Assembly (NCBI GenBank): GCA_963799485.1
Contig: CAWCXJ010000005.1
Location: forward strand, 96,001-160,000
Direction of reading: 5' to 3'
Source of the DNA: an uncultured Trueperaceae bacterium
Lineage (GTDB): Bacteria > Deinococcota > Deinococci > Deinococcales > Trueperaceae
Length of the DNA: 64,000 nucleotides
In this document: in pieces, positions 21,618-34,208 of the stretch
Position numbering within the stretch: position 1 is the stretch's first letter
How the letters are laid out: each line of letters opens with the position of its first letter
The notes under the pieces: model-generated
Seen by the model: the letters and a program-made list of their open reading frames with translations, nothing else
Told to the model about the DNA's origin: nothing
The model's database searches: none
Program-made: the position numbers and the translations under genes

Positions 21618-22486
21618 TACGCCGCCTCCGACTTGCCGACTGTGCCGGAGAGACTCTCGAGATACCGCCGCGCCGTCCCCTCGGAAAGCCGCCGTAAACG
21701 CTGCACGTAGTTTTGCCGCTCCATATGCGACAGCACGCCGCGTGCGTCGAGCAAATTAAAGGCGTGCGAGGCTTTCATCACGAATTCGTAAGCGGGATAG
21801 ATAAGTCCCAGCTCCAAAAGCCGCTGCGCCTCCCCTTCAAACGACCCGAACAGCTCACGCTGCAAAGGCGCATTGACCTGCGTGAAGTTGTAGGTGCAGC
21901 TCTGAATCTCAAAGTCGCGGCGCAGGTCGCCGATGGTCACGCCGGGCGCGTACTCGATGTCGAAGCCGTGCGCAGCCCCCTGCAAATACATCGCTAAACG
22001 TTCTAAGCCGTAGGTCAGCTCGACTGACACGGGCTTCAAATCAACGCCGCCGACCTGCTGAAAGTAGGTGAACTGCGTGACCTCCATCCCGTCCATCTGC
22101 ACCTCCCAGCCGAGGCCCCACGCGCCTAGAGACGGCTGCTCCCAGTTGTCCTCGACGAAACGGATGTCGTGGTCGTGATAATCGATACCGAGGGCGTACA
22201 AGGACTCCAAATAAAGCCCCTGCACGTCACTCGGTGAGGGTTTTAAGACGACCTGATACTGAAAGTAATACTGAAAACGGTACGGATTTTCGCCGTAACG
22301 CCCGTCGGCGGGGCGACGTGAGGGCGCAACATACGCCGCCCGCCACGGCTCCGGGCCGAGCGCCTTGAGAAACGTCGAGGGGTAAAACGTCCCCGCGCCG
22401 ACCTCGGTGTCGTAAGGCTGAACGACCACGCAGCCGCGCTCCGCCCAGTAGCTCGTCAACTTTGAAATCATCTCCTGAAAAACCAT
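21617..22486 (-). CDS. glyQ: Glycine--tRNA ligase alpha subunit
   Basis: [38 protein letters not shown]. Confidence 0.97.
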   Translation of the reverse strand: MVFQEMISKLTSYWAERGCVVVQPYDTEVGAGTFYPSTFLKALGPEPWRAAYVAPSRRPADGRYGENPYRFQYYFQYQVVLKPSPSDVQGLYLESLYALGIDYHDHDIRFVEDNWEQPSLGAWGLGWEVQMDGMEVTQFTYFQQVGGVDLKPVSVELTYGLERLAMYLQGAAHGFDIEYAPGVTIGDLRRDFEIQSCTYNFTQVNAPLQRELFGSFEGEAQRLLELGLIYPAYEFVMKASHAFNLLDARGVLSHMERQNYVQRLRRLSEGTARRYLESLSGTVGKSEAA

Positions 22487-22640
22487 AGCTTACCTTTCGG
22501 CCGAGTTGGGCTCGAGTGTTCCTATAAAATAGCCCTGCAGTAAAACCTGAACCACCTTAGATGAACCCCGTATGAAGGTCTGCTTAAGCACCCGCCCGCG
22601 TCTTGTAAGAAACCTGCGAGAGCAGAGGGGTTAAAATAAA

Positions 22641-22729
22641 GGGAGGCTCGAGCATAGAGGGTTCACGCAGCTGAAGGGCCGTTCGGCCCGGACGGTGCAG
22701 AACGTAATGGGCGACCTTCCCGGTCTCCC
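22641..22729 (+). ncRNA. Candidate structured RNA or structured leader, family not recognised
   Basis: Closing stem GGGAGGCT/GGTCTCCC, large internal bubble, GTTC/GAAC and GCAGCTG/CGGTGC stems, apical GGGCC-GTTC-GGCCC; TAAAAT -10 at 22632. Confidence 0.35.
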
Positions 22730-22826
22730 GTTGACCGCGTAGTATAACATTATGAATGATACGTTCTTGCTGCGTTTTAAGAGCACGGGTTATGACGCAG
22801 ACGCCTGAGTTTGAAAGGGGCGACCT

Positions 22827-25031
<2,205 letters not shown>

Positions 25032-25061
25032 GTGCATCTAAAAAGTACGTTTGACGTATAG

Positions 25062-25083
25062 CGGGCCGAATTTCGGCCCGTTT
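25062..25083 (+). terminator. Terminator after clpC
   Basis: CGGGCCGA-ATT-TCGGCCCG then TTT. Confidence 0.6.
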
Positions 25084-25306
25084 AGCTTTGGTTACGCTTG
25101 CTACCTAAAACACTCAGCGGGATAGGGATTGAAGCTGCTTTTCTCCTGCGCTTACGAGCGATAGCGCAAACGATATAGTTGTGCGCCAGATTGATATCCC
25201 AGGCAAGCGAAGAAAGATTTGGACGCCGGTTATGAGGGTGGTTTCGACCTAGATAAATACCGATGGGCGAAAGATTGCGACTTCTCACCTCTTGCTATGC
25301 CTGACC

Positions 25307-26608
25307 TCACCCCAACAGCCAAGGCCTAGCCAACACCGCAAACCCCAAGAACGACGCAAACCCCAGCACGTCGGTCACCGTCGTCAGGATGATATTCGAC
25401 GACTGCGCCGGGTCTTGCCCGAGCCGCTCCATGATGATAGGAATCCCGGCCCCGGCAACGCCCGCCACGAGCAGATTGACGGTCATGGCTGAGGCGACGA
25501 CAACCCCGAGCGCGACGTTACCGCTAAAAAGCGACGCGGCGAGTCCGGCGACGACGCCGGTCGCCGCGCCGTTGACCGCACCTACGACGCCTTCTTTGAG
25601 CAGCACCTTGCGTGAACGTCCGATGTCTACGTCTTCCAACGCGAGTGAGCGGAGCATGACCGCTTGCGCCTGTGCGCCTGCGTTTCCGCCCTGACCGGCG
25701 ACGACCGGCAGAAAGGCCGCTAAAATCGTAATCTGCGCGATGATGCCGTCGAACGCACCGACGACCGCCGCCGCCAAAAACGCAGTCAGCAGGTTGACCT
25801 GCATCCACGGCAGGCGTTTGCGAATCGAAAACCCCGCTGAGGACGACGCGTGTTCGTCCGAACCGGCCCCGAACATCTTCTGCGCGTCCTCGAAACCCTC
25901 TTCTTGCAGCTCACTAACGAGCTGCGTCGCCAGGATGACCCCGCGCAAGTGCTCTCTTTCATCGACCACCGGCACTGAAAGGAGGTTGCGCTCCAGGAGC
26001 GCGTCACGTACCTCGTCGAGCGGGTCGTCCGCGTAGACGCGCATGACGTCGGCAACCATGACGCGGGAGAGCGGTGTGCGGGGCAGATTAAGCACGAGGT
26101 CGCGCATCAGCAGGACGCCTTTAAGCGCGCGCACCTCGTCGATAACGTAAACGTAGTTGACCTCACGCCCGACGAGCGCGAGGCGGCGCAAACGCGTCAG
26201 CGCGTCGGCAACCGTCGCACCTTCGCGGAGCGCCACGTAGTCGGGCGACATGATGCTGCCGGCGGTGTCTTCTTCGTAGTCGGCGAGTTCCTCCAACTCT
26301 TCGACGTGTGCGCTCGGCAGCCGGTCTAGCAGCGCTTGCCGTTCGCGTTCGGGCAGATATTCGAAGATGTCGTTGGTGTCTTCAAAAGGCAGTTCACGAA
26401 CGAGCTGCGCGGCCTCTTCGGGGGGCAATTCTTGCAACACGCGGGCGGCAAAATCCGGGGAGAACCACTCGAGCACCGGCGCGCGCAGCTCGCTGTCGAA
26501 ATGCGACAACTCTTCTATCACCTCACGGGGCTCGAGCCGTTCTAAGATGCGGGCCGCCTCGAGTGGGTGCGTTTCGATTAAAGCGCGGGCAAGGTCGTCG
26601 CTGATCAT
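25307..26608 (-). CDS. mgtE: Magnesium transporter MgtE
   Basis: MgtE N-domain, CBS pair (TAGSIMS, YVYVID), KRLPW, GGNAGAQ, TTVTDVLG; ATG at 26608 with AGGA RBS. Confidence 0.94.
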   Translation of the reverse strand: MISDDLARALIETHPLEAARILERLEPREVIEELSHFDSELRAPVLEWFSPDFAARVLQELPPEEAAQLVRELPFEDTNDIFEYLPERERQALLDRLPSAHVEELEELADYEEDTAGSIMSPDYVALREGATVADALTRLRRLALVGREVNYVYVIDEVRALKGVLLMRDLVLNLPRTPLSRVMVADVMRVYADDPLDEVRDALLERNLLSVPVVDEREHLRGVILATQLVSELQEEGFEDAQKMFGAGSDEHASSSAGFSIRKRLPWMQVNLLTAFLAAAVVGAFDGIIAQITILAAFLPVVAGQGGNAGAQAQAVMLRSLALEDVDIGRSRKVLLKEGVVGAVNGAATGVVAGLAASLFSGNVALGVVVASAMTVNLLVAGVAGAGIPIIMERLGQDPAQSSNIILTTVTDVLGFASFLGFAVLARPWLLG

Positions 26609-26687
26609 GTTCCTATTGTGACCCACGACCGGCCTTTTAAGGTACCGACGCCGCCAGAACCGTAAATACGCTATGCTACAAAACCGC

Positions 26688-27868
26688 ATGTCCAAACACT
26701 CCGACACCTACGCCCACGCGCTCGAGTGGCTTTTCGCCCAGACCCGGGGCGGTGCCCCGCGCGACGCCGAGCGGATGCGGAGGCTGATGGCGAGCCTGGG
26801 GCTGCGCTCACCTCCAAACGTCGTTCACATCGTCGGCACGAACGGCAAGGGCAGCGTGACGGCGATGCTCGCGGCTGCTTACAGCGCCGCCGGCAAGAAG
26901 ACCGGGCGCTTTATCTCACCGCATGTTGAAAGTTTCCGGGAACGTATCTCGGTTGATGGAACGTGGATTGCTGAAGCTGAGGTTCTAGAATTCGTTCAAA
27001 GCCTGCCCGAACTCGACCCCAAACCGGCGTTCTTCGAGCTGACGCTGGCGTTGGCATTAGCCCATTTTGCCCGTAAAGGGGTCGAGATGGCGATTGTTGA
27101 AGCGGGTGTCGGGGCCAAAAACGATGCAACGCGGACCCTAGACCATGTTCGGGCCCTCATCATCACCAACATCGGACGCGACCATCTAGACACGCTCGGC
27201 CCGACCTTGCGAGACGTTGCCGAAGACAAGGCCGACGCCATCCGGCCCGGTGTTCCGACCTTGACCGGGGCGACCGGCGAAGCGTTAGAACTGATTACCG
27301 GAGTTGCCGCGCGGCGGCGTAGCCCACTTTTTTTCAGAACGCCGCAGAGCCCGCTCTTCCGGTTGCCGGAAGGGTTGGTCCCAAGCACACCGACCGTAAC
27401 GCACAATCAGCAGCTGGCAGCGGCAACGTTGCGGCTACAAGGGGTATCTGAGCCTGCCATCTGTCAAGGACTTAGAGCTTTATTGCCTGCAAGGGCCGAA
27501 CGGTTTTTACTAGGAGACAAAGAGGTTCTGCTCGACGGGGGTCACAACCCGGACGCGGCGCGCGCACTGCTGGAGCACACCCGTCCGCCGTTTGTGCTGC
27601 TTTTTGGCGCACTGCCAAAAAAACTCGGTGCGGAAACACTGGCAGTTTTGGAATCTTACGCCGAGCGCGTCATCCTGACGAACGCCGTACCCGGCGAAAC
27701 GAGTTTGCAGACTGGATTTACGTTTTTTCCGGAACCTGAAACGGCACTTCAGGCAGCTTTGACACTTTGTCAGAAAGTGGGCAGGTCGTGATCGCCGGGT
27801 CGTTTTACCTGGCAGGACAACTTAGACCACTACTTTTAGAAACGACAAATGACCCTTGCTCCGGCTGA
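26688..27868 (+). CDS. folC: Folylpolyglutamate/dihydrofolate synthase with an apparent 1-nt frameshift near 27770
   Basis: HIVGTNGKGS, SPH, EAGVG, LDGGHNP; the C-terminal VVIAGSFYLAG lies in another frame ending at 27868. Confidence 0.88.
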
Positions 27869-28761
27869 TCTGACTTTCTCAGCAGGTTTACGGTTGGAAC
27901 GACGCTGAAATCACAACACTTCACGAAGGCGAAAACCAGACCTACGCCGTAACGACTGCAACGGTAAAATATGTCGTACGGCGCTACCGTAAAAACGGCT
28001 ATACCCCCGCTCAGGTGAACGCCGAACTCGAGTGGTTAAGCGTTGCAAGACGCCGTTCGGGTCGTTCCAGCCTTGAGGACACGCGGCGGAGCGCGTTACG
28101 CCGAAGGAACCAGGCTTTACGCGGCGTTTCCTTACCTCACCGGAGCTGAACCCGACCCGCCGACACCTGAAGCATTTTAGACGTTTGGGACAACTTTTAC
28201 GGCAACTGCACGGTGCGGCGTCGCACGTTTCGGCAACAAAACCTGAACATTGGACAGGCCGTCAAAGGCCGACGTACGACTTGCAAATTGTAGCGGGGGC
28301 GCTCGAGTCCCTGCCTCGAAACATCTCTTTTAGAAGCCGCCGACAAACGGCGTTGTCTAGCTTTGGCAGAGCAGCTGAGGGAGCTTTACGCCTTCTGTAA
28401 CCCCCACAAAAGTTTCGTCCACGCCGACCCTCACTTCGGCAACGTGCTTGTAAACGGTGACGTGTGGACGCTGCTCGACTTTGACGAGTGCGGTTTCGGT
28501 TTCGCCGCGTTCGACCTCGGTACGGTGCGTTTTCACGCTCGAGCGCGGGGACAAGACGAAGGTTGGAAAGCGTTTCTCGCGGGTTACGGCGAACCGCTGC
28601 CCACCGCCCCCGAACTTGAACTCGGTACGGCGATGAGAATCTTTTTTGCGGCGGGCAAACTGCCGCTGCGTCTGGATATTCCTGAAGTGCGAAACCACGC
28701 GGCTGAACTTACGCAAAAGTATCTGACGATGACCGAACACGAACTGACGGGCGCACCGTAA
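27849..28761 (+). pseudogene. APH / homoserine-kinase-type-II-like phosphotransferase with several frameshifts
   Basis: HEGENQTY and ELEWL fragments, LGQLLRQLH, catalytic HADPHFGNV and LDFDECG in different frames. Confidence 0.75.
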
Positions 28762-28785
28762 AGGTCGCTAGAGGTCTCTGAGGGG

Positions 28786-29544
28786 TCAGCGCCCGCCGGA
28801 AACATCGATAAAGGTTCCGGTAACGTAAGCCGCTTCTTCTGAGAGCAACCAGAGAACGGCGTGAGCGACCTCCCCCGGTTGTCCGCCCCGCCCCAGCGGA
28901 ACCGTTGGCGCAAGCCGGTTTATGCGCGCCGGTTCACCGCCCTGCGCGTGGATGTCGGTATCAATGATGCCCGGTCTGACGCCGCCCACCCGGATACCCT
29001 CCCCCGCGACTTCATGTGCGAGCCCGACCGTCATGGTGTCGAGTGCGCCTTTGCTGGCGGCGTAGTCGATGTATTCCCCCGGCGACCCGGTACGCGCCGC
29101 GACCGACGAGACGTTGACGATTGCGCCCCCCGCGCCGCCGTAACGCCGTGACATTCGCCGCACCGCCTCCCGCGCGCAGAGAAATGCGCCGAAAACGTTG
29201 GTTGAAAAAACGCGCGTCAGGCGGGCCATATCCAGAGCCTCGAGCCGAGTTTGCCGCTCGAGCGTCGCGGCATTATTGACAAGGGCGCGGAGCGTACCGA
29301 AATCGTCCACCGCCGTAAAAAGCCGTAAAACTTCCGCCTCAACCGAAACGTCCGCTTGAACCGCCACGGCGTCCGCCCCGCTCGCTCGCAATTCCGAGAC
29401 GAGCGCGTCGGCCTCCTCGCGCCGTTGCCGATAGTTGAGGCACACCGCGTAACCTCGAGCCGCCGCCAATCGCGCGGTCGCTGCGCCGATACCGCGACCG
29501 CCGCCGGTTATCAGTACCACTTTGCGTTCGGAAGAGACAGTCAT
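28786..29544 (-). CDS. SDR family oxidoreductase
   Basis: TGGGRGIG, VNNA, NVSS, YAASK. Confidence 0.93.
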   Translation of the reverse strand: MTVSSERKVVLITGGGRGIGAATARLAAARGYAVCLNYRQRREEADALVSELRASGADAVAVQADVSVEAEVLRLFTAVDDFGTLRALVNNAATLERQTRLEALDMARLTRVFSTNVFGAFLCAREAVRRMSRRYGGAGGAIVNVSSVAARTGSPGEYIDYAASKGALDTMTVGLAHEVAGEGIRVGGVRPGIIDTDIHAQGGEPARINRLAPTVPLGRGGQPGEVAHAVLWLLSEEAAYVTGTFIDVSGGR

Positions 29545-29553
29545 GTACGCAGT

Positions 29554-30453
29554 TTACCGAGCAGCAGCCAAGATAAGCGCCAGCCGCGCCGCCGCTGCAA
29601 CCGGCTCGGCTTCTACCACCCTGACGGGCGTGTTTAGGTGAGCCTCGAGCCCCTCCCACACCACTTCACTCAGGCGCGTAATTCCCCCGGCAAACGCGAC
29701 GGGTAAAGGTGCGCCCAACCGCCCCTGCACGTCCCGCACAAGCCGCGCAAGTTCAGCCCCAGCCTGTTCCAGAATGGCCTTCGCCATTTTATCTCCGGCA
29801 CGTTCGGCTTCCGCGACTGCCGGGGCCAGCGACGCGACGAACTCGCGGCCTCCCTCGTAGACAACCGGCATAATCTCGGGCCATTCGCGGCTACCAAGTC
29901 GCGCGTAAAAAAGCTCTGCCAACGGTGTTTCAGGCGGTTGACTCGCCGCGTCGAAGAGCCGCAAGAGTGCCCTGAGTCCCTGACGCCCAAGCCAGTACCC
30001 GGCCCCGGCGTCGTCGATGAGGTAGCCGTAACCTCCGGCCCGGACGACCTCACCCGCAAGGGTCTCGTGATAGGCGACGCTGCCCGTCCCCGCGTAAACG
30101 AGGACACCTTCACCCGGCCTGAAAACGCTGGCAAACGCGACGTGCATGTCGTTAGCAAGGAGGGTGCGCTCCGGCGTCAGACCTAAAACGTCTTTTACGG
30201 CGCGGGCCAACAGCTCTGCAGCGACCGTTCGCGGATGCAAGCCGGTAATTCCGGCAACGAGCGCGTCCGGGGCACCAACAGCTTTAGCCGCTGCTAAGAT
30301 GCCGACAAATTGCGCCAGCCGCACGTCGTTTTGGCTGAAAATATGCCCGGTCAGCGGCCCGGTGCGCCCCTGACCCAAAATAGCGCCGCGACTCGAGCGT
30401 AAAAGCCAGCGGGTACTCGAGCCCCCCGCATCAATCCCCAAGCCTACGACCAC
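29554..30453 (-). CDS. N-acetylglucosamine kinase-like (BadF/BadG/BcrA/BcrD ATPase family)
   Basis: GIDAGGSST, AGTGS, GGYGYLIDDAGAGYWLG. Confidence 0.88.
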   Translation of the reverse strand: MVVGLGIDAGGSSTRWLLRSSRGAILGQGRTGPLTGHIFSQNDVRLAQFVGILAAAKAVGAPDALVAGITGLHPRTVAAELLARAVKDVLGLTPERTLLANDMHVAFASVFRPGEGVLVYAGTGSVAYHETLAGEVVRAGGYGYLIDDAGAGYWLGRQGLRALLRLFDAASQPPETPLAELFYARLGSREWPEIMPVVYEGGREFVASLAPAVAEAERAGDKMAKAILEQAGAELARLVRDVQGRLGAPLPVAFAGGITRLSEVVWEGLEAHLNTPVRVVEAEPVAAAARLALILAAAR

Positions 30454-30562
30454 ACGCCCAGCTTATACGGATTTACAAAAATAGGCGAGCACACCGGGGC
30501 GTCCGCCTGGGTACTCGAGCACACTCCCGCCAACGCTCGCCCAAATCTGCTAAACTCTCCGC

Positions 30563-31210
30563 GTGAGTTTGTCCGATTTAGACGTTCGCATCTTGGGTAC
30601 ACTCCTAGAAAAAGAGCGCACTACCCCCGAAAATTACCCGCTTTCTATCAACGCGCTCGTTTTGGCGTGCAATCAAAAGACCAGCCGCGTCCCGGTCACA
30701 GACTACAGCCAACGCGAGGTTGAGACCGCCCTGCAAGGGCTCCGCGACCGGGGTTTGGTCAGCTCGGAACAGGGGATGACCGAACGGGTCGTCAAGCATC
30801 AGCACCGACTCGGTGAGGCGTTCGACCTGAACCAGCAAGACTTCGCCGTTCTCGCCGTCCTGATGCTGCGCGGCCCGCAAACTGCCGGGGAGTTGCGGAG
30901 CCGCACGGAGCGCTACACGACTTTCCCCGATGTATCCGCTGTAGACGCGAGTTTACACCGCCTCGCCGCCTACAAACCGCCCCTGGCCCGCGATGAAGGC
31001 CGTGCCCCCGGTCAGAGTCAGACGCGCTGGACGCATCTGCTCGGCCCCGACCCGGAACGGCTCAAACCGAGAGTACGTCCGGCAGCAGAAGGAGCCGCAC
31101 CCATTCCTAAAACTGAACCGGGAACGCTCGAGTCTCTCCGGCGCGACGTCGAGACGCTTAAGGTGCAGGTCGCCGAGCTTAGAGAACATCTGGGATTCAC
31201 CGGCGATTGA
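30563..31210 (+). CDS. YceH / DUF480 family protein
   Basis: RILGTLLEKERTTPENYPLSINAL..ACNQKTSR, LRGPQTAGELRSR. Confidence 0.92.
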   Translation: MSLSDLDVRILGTLLEKERTTPENYPLSINALVLACNQKTSRVPVTDYSQREVETALQGLRDRGLVSSEQGMTERVVKHQHRLGEAFDLNQQDFAVLAVLMLRGPQTAGELRSRTERYTTFPDVSAVDASLHRLAAYKPPLARDEGRAPGQSQTRWTHLLGPDPERLKPRVRPAAEGAAPIPKTEPGTLESLRRDVETLKVQVAELREHLGFTGD

Positions 31211-31263
31211 CCCGGCTCTAAGCTGCTGAGGTGGTAGCCTGAACGGACTACAGGAGGCCACAC

Positions 31264-31452
31264 GTGAGGCTCGGATTCTGGGAAATTGTACTGATTGTCA
31301 TCGTTATCGTTTTGCTTTTTAGCGGTAACCGCATCGCGCGGCTGATGGGCGCGTTTCGGCGCTCCAAGACGGAGTATAGCGCGGGGCTCGAGGAACCCGT
31401 AGACGCGGAGTTTAAGGACGTGTCAGAGGAAAAGGTCGAGCAAAAAAGGTAA
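31264..31452 (+). CDS. tatA: Twin-arginine translocase TatA/TatE family subunit
   Basis: LGFWEIVLIVIVIVLLF TM helix plus amphipathic helix; GGAGG RBS. Confidence 0.7.
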   Translation: MRLGFWEIVLIVIVIVLLFSGNRIARLMGAFRRSKTEYSAGLEEPVDAEFKDVSEEKVEQKR

Positions 31453-31560
31453 GCAGTTCCGTTTGTGAAGTAGAGACGCTAAAAATCCGTAGCGATGTTT
31501 TGCAAGCTAAACCGCGACAAGGTCACCGGCTAAAGGATTTGCAGTAGCGTTGCCGAGCCA

Positions 31561-31704
31561 CGCGAGCGGCGCTAAACTTCCGGCGACGGCGCTGGATTGG
31601 GTCGGGGTAACAGGGCGCAGCAGCACGCCCAAAGCAGGTTTGCGAAACTGCGTCAGGGCTTGCCGGAGGGCGTGGTCGGGAGTGATGAGAGTGGCAAGTT
31701 GTAC
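31561..31704 (-). pseudogene. Diverged copy of the first 48 codons of the 14359..15141 gene
   Basis: VQLATLITPDHALRQALTQFRKPALGVLLRPVTPTQSSAVAGSLAPL versus MQLVALITPDHALRNALAQFRKPALGVLMHPVTPTEFSAVAGSLAPL. Confidence 0.9.
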
Positions 31705-32018
31705 TTGGGGGAGTGCAACTTGAGGCCGAGCGCCAAAGCTAAACATCTGCTGGTTTACGGTCTGTGGTTCATAAAAGCGGTGTTTCGCAGCGTTTCAGGG
31801 TGTGAGCGTACCTGGAGCGTTCCAGGGGCCAAAAAATATGCTACCTTGGTCTTATGTACGCCGCGCCGCACCCATTATTTACGTTTTACGCTTGCGGTTT
31901 TGTGGCACGAACGTCCCTGCACGCCCGCTAACCCACCCAACCTGATACAGTTTTTATATCTTTGCGGCCCCGGAACATCTGCGCCGTAAACTCGTCCGCT
32001 ACGGACACTGAGGTGATT

Positions 32019-34001
32019 ATGCACGTAACGCTGCCCGACGGAAAACGCCTAGATTTACCCGACCACGCGACCGCCAAGCATGCCGCTGAAGCCATCGGCC
32101 CCGGCCTCGCCAAAGCTGCTCTCGGCGCGACCGTCAACGGTCAACTGAGCGACTTATTCACTGAACTCCCCGACGCCGCTGAGATTTCTATTCTGACCAA
32201 AAAAGACGATAAAACCATCCGCCTGATGCGCCATACGCTGGCGCACGTGATGGCGCAAGCCGTGACCGACGTGTTCGCCGCCGAGGGTCACGCCCGCGAC
32301 ACCGTAAAAATGGGTATCGGCCCGGTGATTGAAAACGGCTTTTACTACGACTTCGACCTGCCGCGCAACCTGACCCCGGAAGATTTGGGCACCATCGAAG
32401 CCCGGATGCGCGAAATCGTCAAGGCCAAACTGCCGCTCCGCAAGTTCGAGCTGCCGCGCGTCGAAGCCCTGGCTCGGTTTGAGAACAGAGACCCGTACAA
32501 GCTCGAGCTCATCACCGACCTGCCCGAAAACGTCCCGCTGACCTTTTACGAACAAGGAGGAGACGAGGGTTTTACCGACCTCTGCCGGGGGCCGCACGTC
32601 CCCAATACCGGCGACGTCCCGCCGCACTTCAAGCTGATGTCGGTCGCCGGGGCGTACTGGCGCGGCGACGAAACGCGGCCCATGCTCCAGCGGATTTACG
32701 GCGTGGCGTTTAAGACTAAGGACGAGTTGGAGCATCACCTCTGGCAGTTGGAAGAAGCGAAAAAGCGCGATCACCGTAAACTCGGCCGTGAACTCGACCT
32801 GTTTGCTTTTTCAGAAGACATCGGTTCAGGGATTCCGCTGTTTCTGCCCAGGGGTGAGATTATTCGTCACGAGATGGAGCGCTTTGTCCGCGAGGTGCAG
32901 ACCAGCTACGGTTATCAGCACGTCTGGACAGGGCACCTTGTCAAAGAAAGCCTCTACGCCAAGTCCGGGCACCTAGCCAACTACGCCGAGTCGATGTTTC
33001 CGGCGATGGCAGACGAAGACGTGCGGATGCGGCTTAAGCCGATGAACTGCCCCAGCCACATGACCCTCTTCAACGCCCGTCAGCATTCCTACCGCGAATT
33101 GCCCCTGCGTTACGCCGAGTTTGCGACGCTCTACCGCTACGAAAAGTCGGGGGAGCTGAACGGTCTCACTCGTGTGCGTTCGTTGACCCAAGACGACTGT
33201 CATATCTTCTGCACCGAAGAGCAAATTCAAGAAGAGTTCGCCCTTGCGCTCCGGCTTATCCGCGAGGTTTTGGATACTTACGACTTCAGAGATTATATGG
33301 TGCAGCTGAGTTTGCGTGGTCGTGAAGGCAAGTACGTCGAGGACGAAGAGAAGTGGGAAAAAGCTACCGCTGCGCTGCGGCGTGCGCTCGAGGCTGAGAA
33401 CGTTCCGTATCTTGAGGCCGTAGGTGAAGCCGCTTTTTACGGCCCCAAAGCCGACTTTATGGCGCGTGACGTGCTGGGCCGTGAATGGCAACTTTCGACG
33501 ATTCAGGTCGATTTTATTCAACCGGAACGTTTAGGGTGTGAGTACGTCGCTGAAGACGGCTCCCGCAAAACCCCGGTTGTTTTGCACCGTGCCGTTACCG
33601 GTTCGACCGAGCGGTTTATGGGCGTGATGATTGAACACTTCGCCGGCGACTTTCCGCTCTGGCTCGCCCCCGAACAAGTCCGTATCGTCCCCATCGCTGA
33701 CCGGCACAACGATTACGCCGTAAAACTCCGCAAGCAGCTGTTTGACGCAGGTTTACGCGCCGAGACCGACCTCCGCAGCGAACGGATGAACGCCAAAGTC
33801 CGCGACGCCGAACTCTACAAGGTGCCCTACACCGTCATCGTCGGGGATAAGGAGATGGAGGCCGGGGCGGTGTCGTTCAGGAGCCGGAAAGAGCCGGAGC
33901 AGAAGGGGATTGCGGCGGCGGTGTTTATGCAGCACCTGAAGGTGCATGTGGAGGGACGGGCGTTGGGGGTCGTGCCGCTAACGCACTTAGAAACGGCGTA
34001 G
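32019..34001 (+). CDS. thrS: Threonine--tRNA ligase
   Basis: TGS domain (VTLPDG), RHTLAHV, DLCRGPHV, KPMNCP, YGPKAD; ATG at 32019 after GAGGTG. Confidence 0.97.
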   Translation: MHVTLPDGKRLDLPDHATAKHAAEAIGPGLAKAALGATVNGQLSDLFTELPDAAEISILTKKDDKTIRLMRHTLAHVMAQAVTDVFAAEGHARDTVKMGIGPVIENGFYYDFDLPRNLTPEDLGTIEARMREIVKAKLPLRKFELPRVEALARFENRDPYKLELITDLPENVPLTFYEQGGDEGFTDLCRGPHVPNTGDVPPHFKLMSVAGAYWRGDETRPMLQRIYGVAFKTKDELEHHLWQLEEAKKRDHRKLGRELDLFAFSEDIGSGIPLFLPRGEIIRHEMERFVREVQTSYGYQHVWTGHLVKESLYAKSGHLANYAESMFPAMADEDVRMRLKPMNCPSHMTLFNARQHSYRELPLRYAEFATLYRYEKSGELNGLTRVRSLTQDDCHIFCTEEQIQEEFALALRLIREVLDTYDFRDYMVQLSLRGREGKYVEDEEKWEKATAALRRALEAENVPYLEAVGEAAFYGPKADFMARDVLGREWQLSTIQVDFIQPERLGCEYVAEDGSRKTPVVLHRAVTGSTERFMGVMIEHFAGDFPLWLAPEQVRIVPIADRHNDYAVKLRKQLFDAGLRAETDLRSERMNAKVRDAELYKVPYTVIVGDKEMEAGAVSFRSRKEPEQKGIAAAVFMQHLKVHVEGRALGVVPLTHLETA

Positions 34002-34080
34002 TAGACGCTTCCTAATTTTGCGCCATAGTGGACGCAGCACACGAAAGTCGTCAACACTGCTCGGTTTGCTGAACTTGACC

Positions 34081-34135
34081 AAGGCGCATCTCCAGAAATG
34101 AGGTTCAGAGACTCTATTCTGCATGGATGCGCCTT
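34081..34135. repeat. 55-bp imperfect palindrome (MITE-like or IS-end remnant)
   Basis: Perfect arms AAGGCGCATC / GATGCGCCTT with inner CAGAA/TTCTG pairing. Confidence 0.5.
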
Positions 34136-34208
34136 ATCTAACTGGGTATGGCTTTGTTGCCTAAATCAGTCTGAAGGTACCAGACCGTTGTGTAGACCAG
34201 CAAGCATC

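Noticed and set aside
22641..22729. SRP RNA, tRNA or glycine riboswitch identity for the structured element
   Set aside because: Diagnostic motifs are absent on both strands
25084..25300. AT-richer spacer between clpC and mgtE as a gene
   Set aside because: No convincing ORF, RBS or recognisable protein motif; may be an unidentifiable remnant
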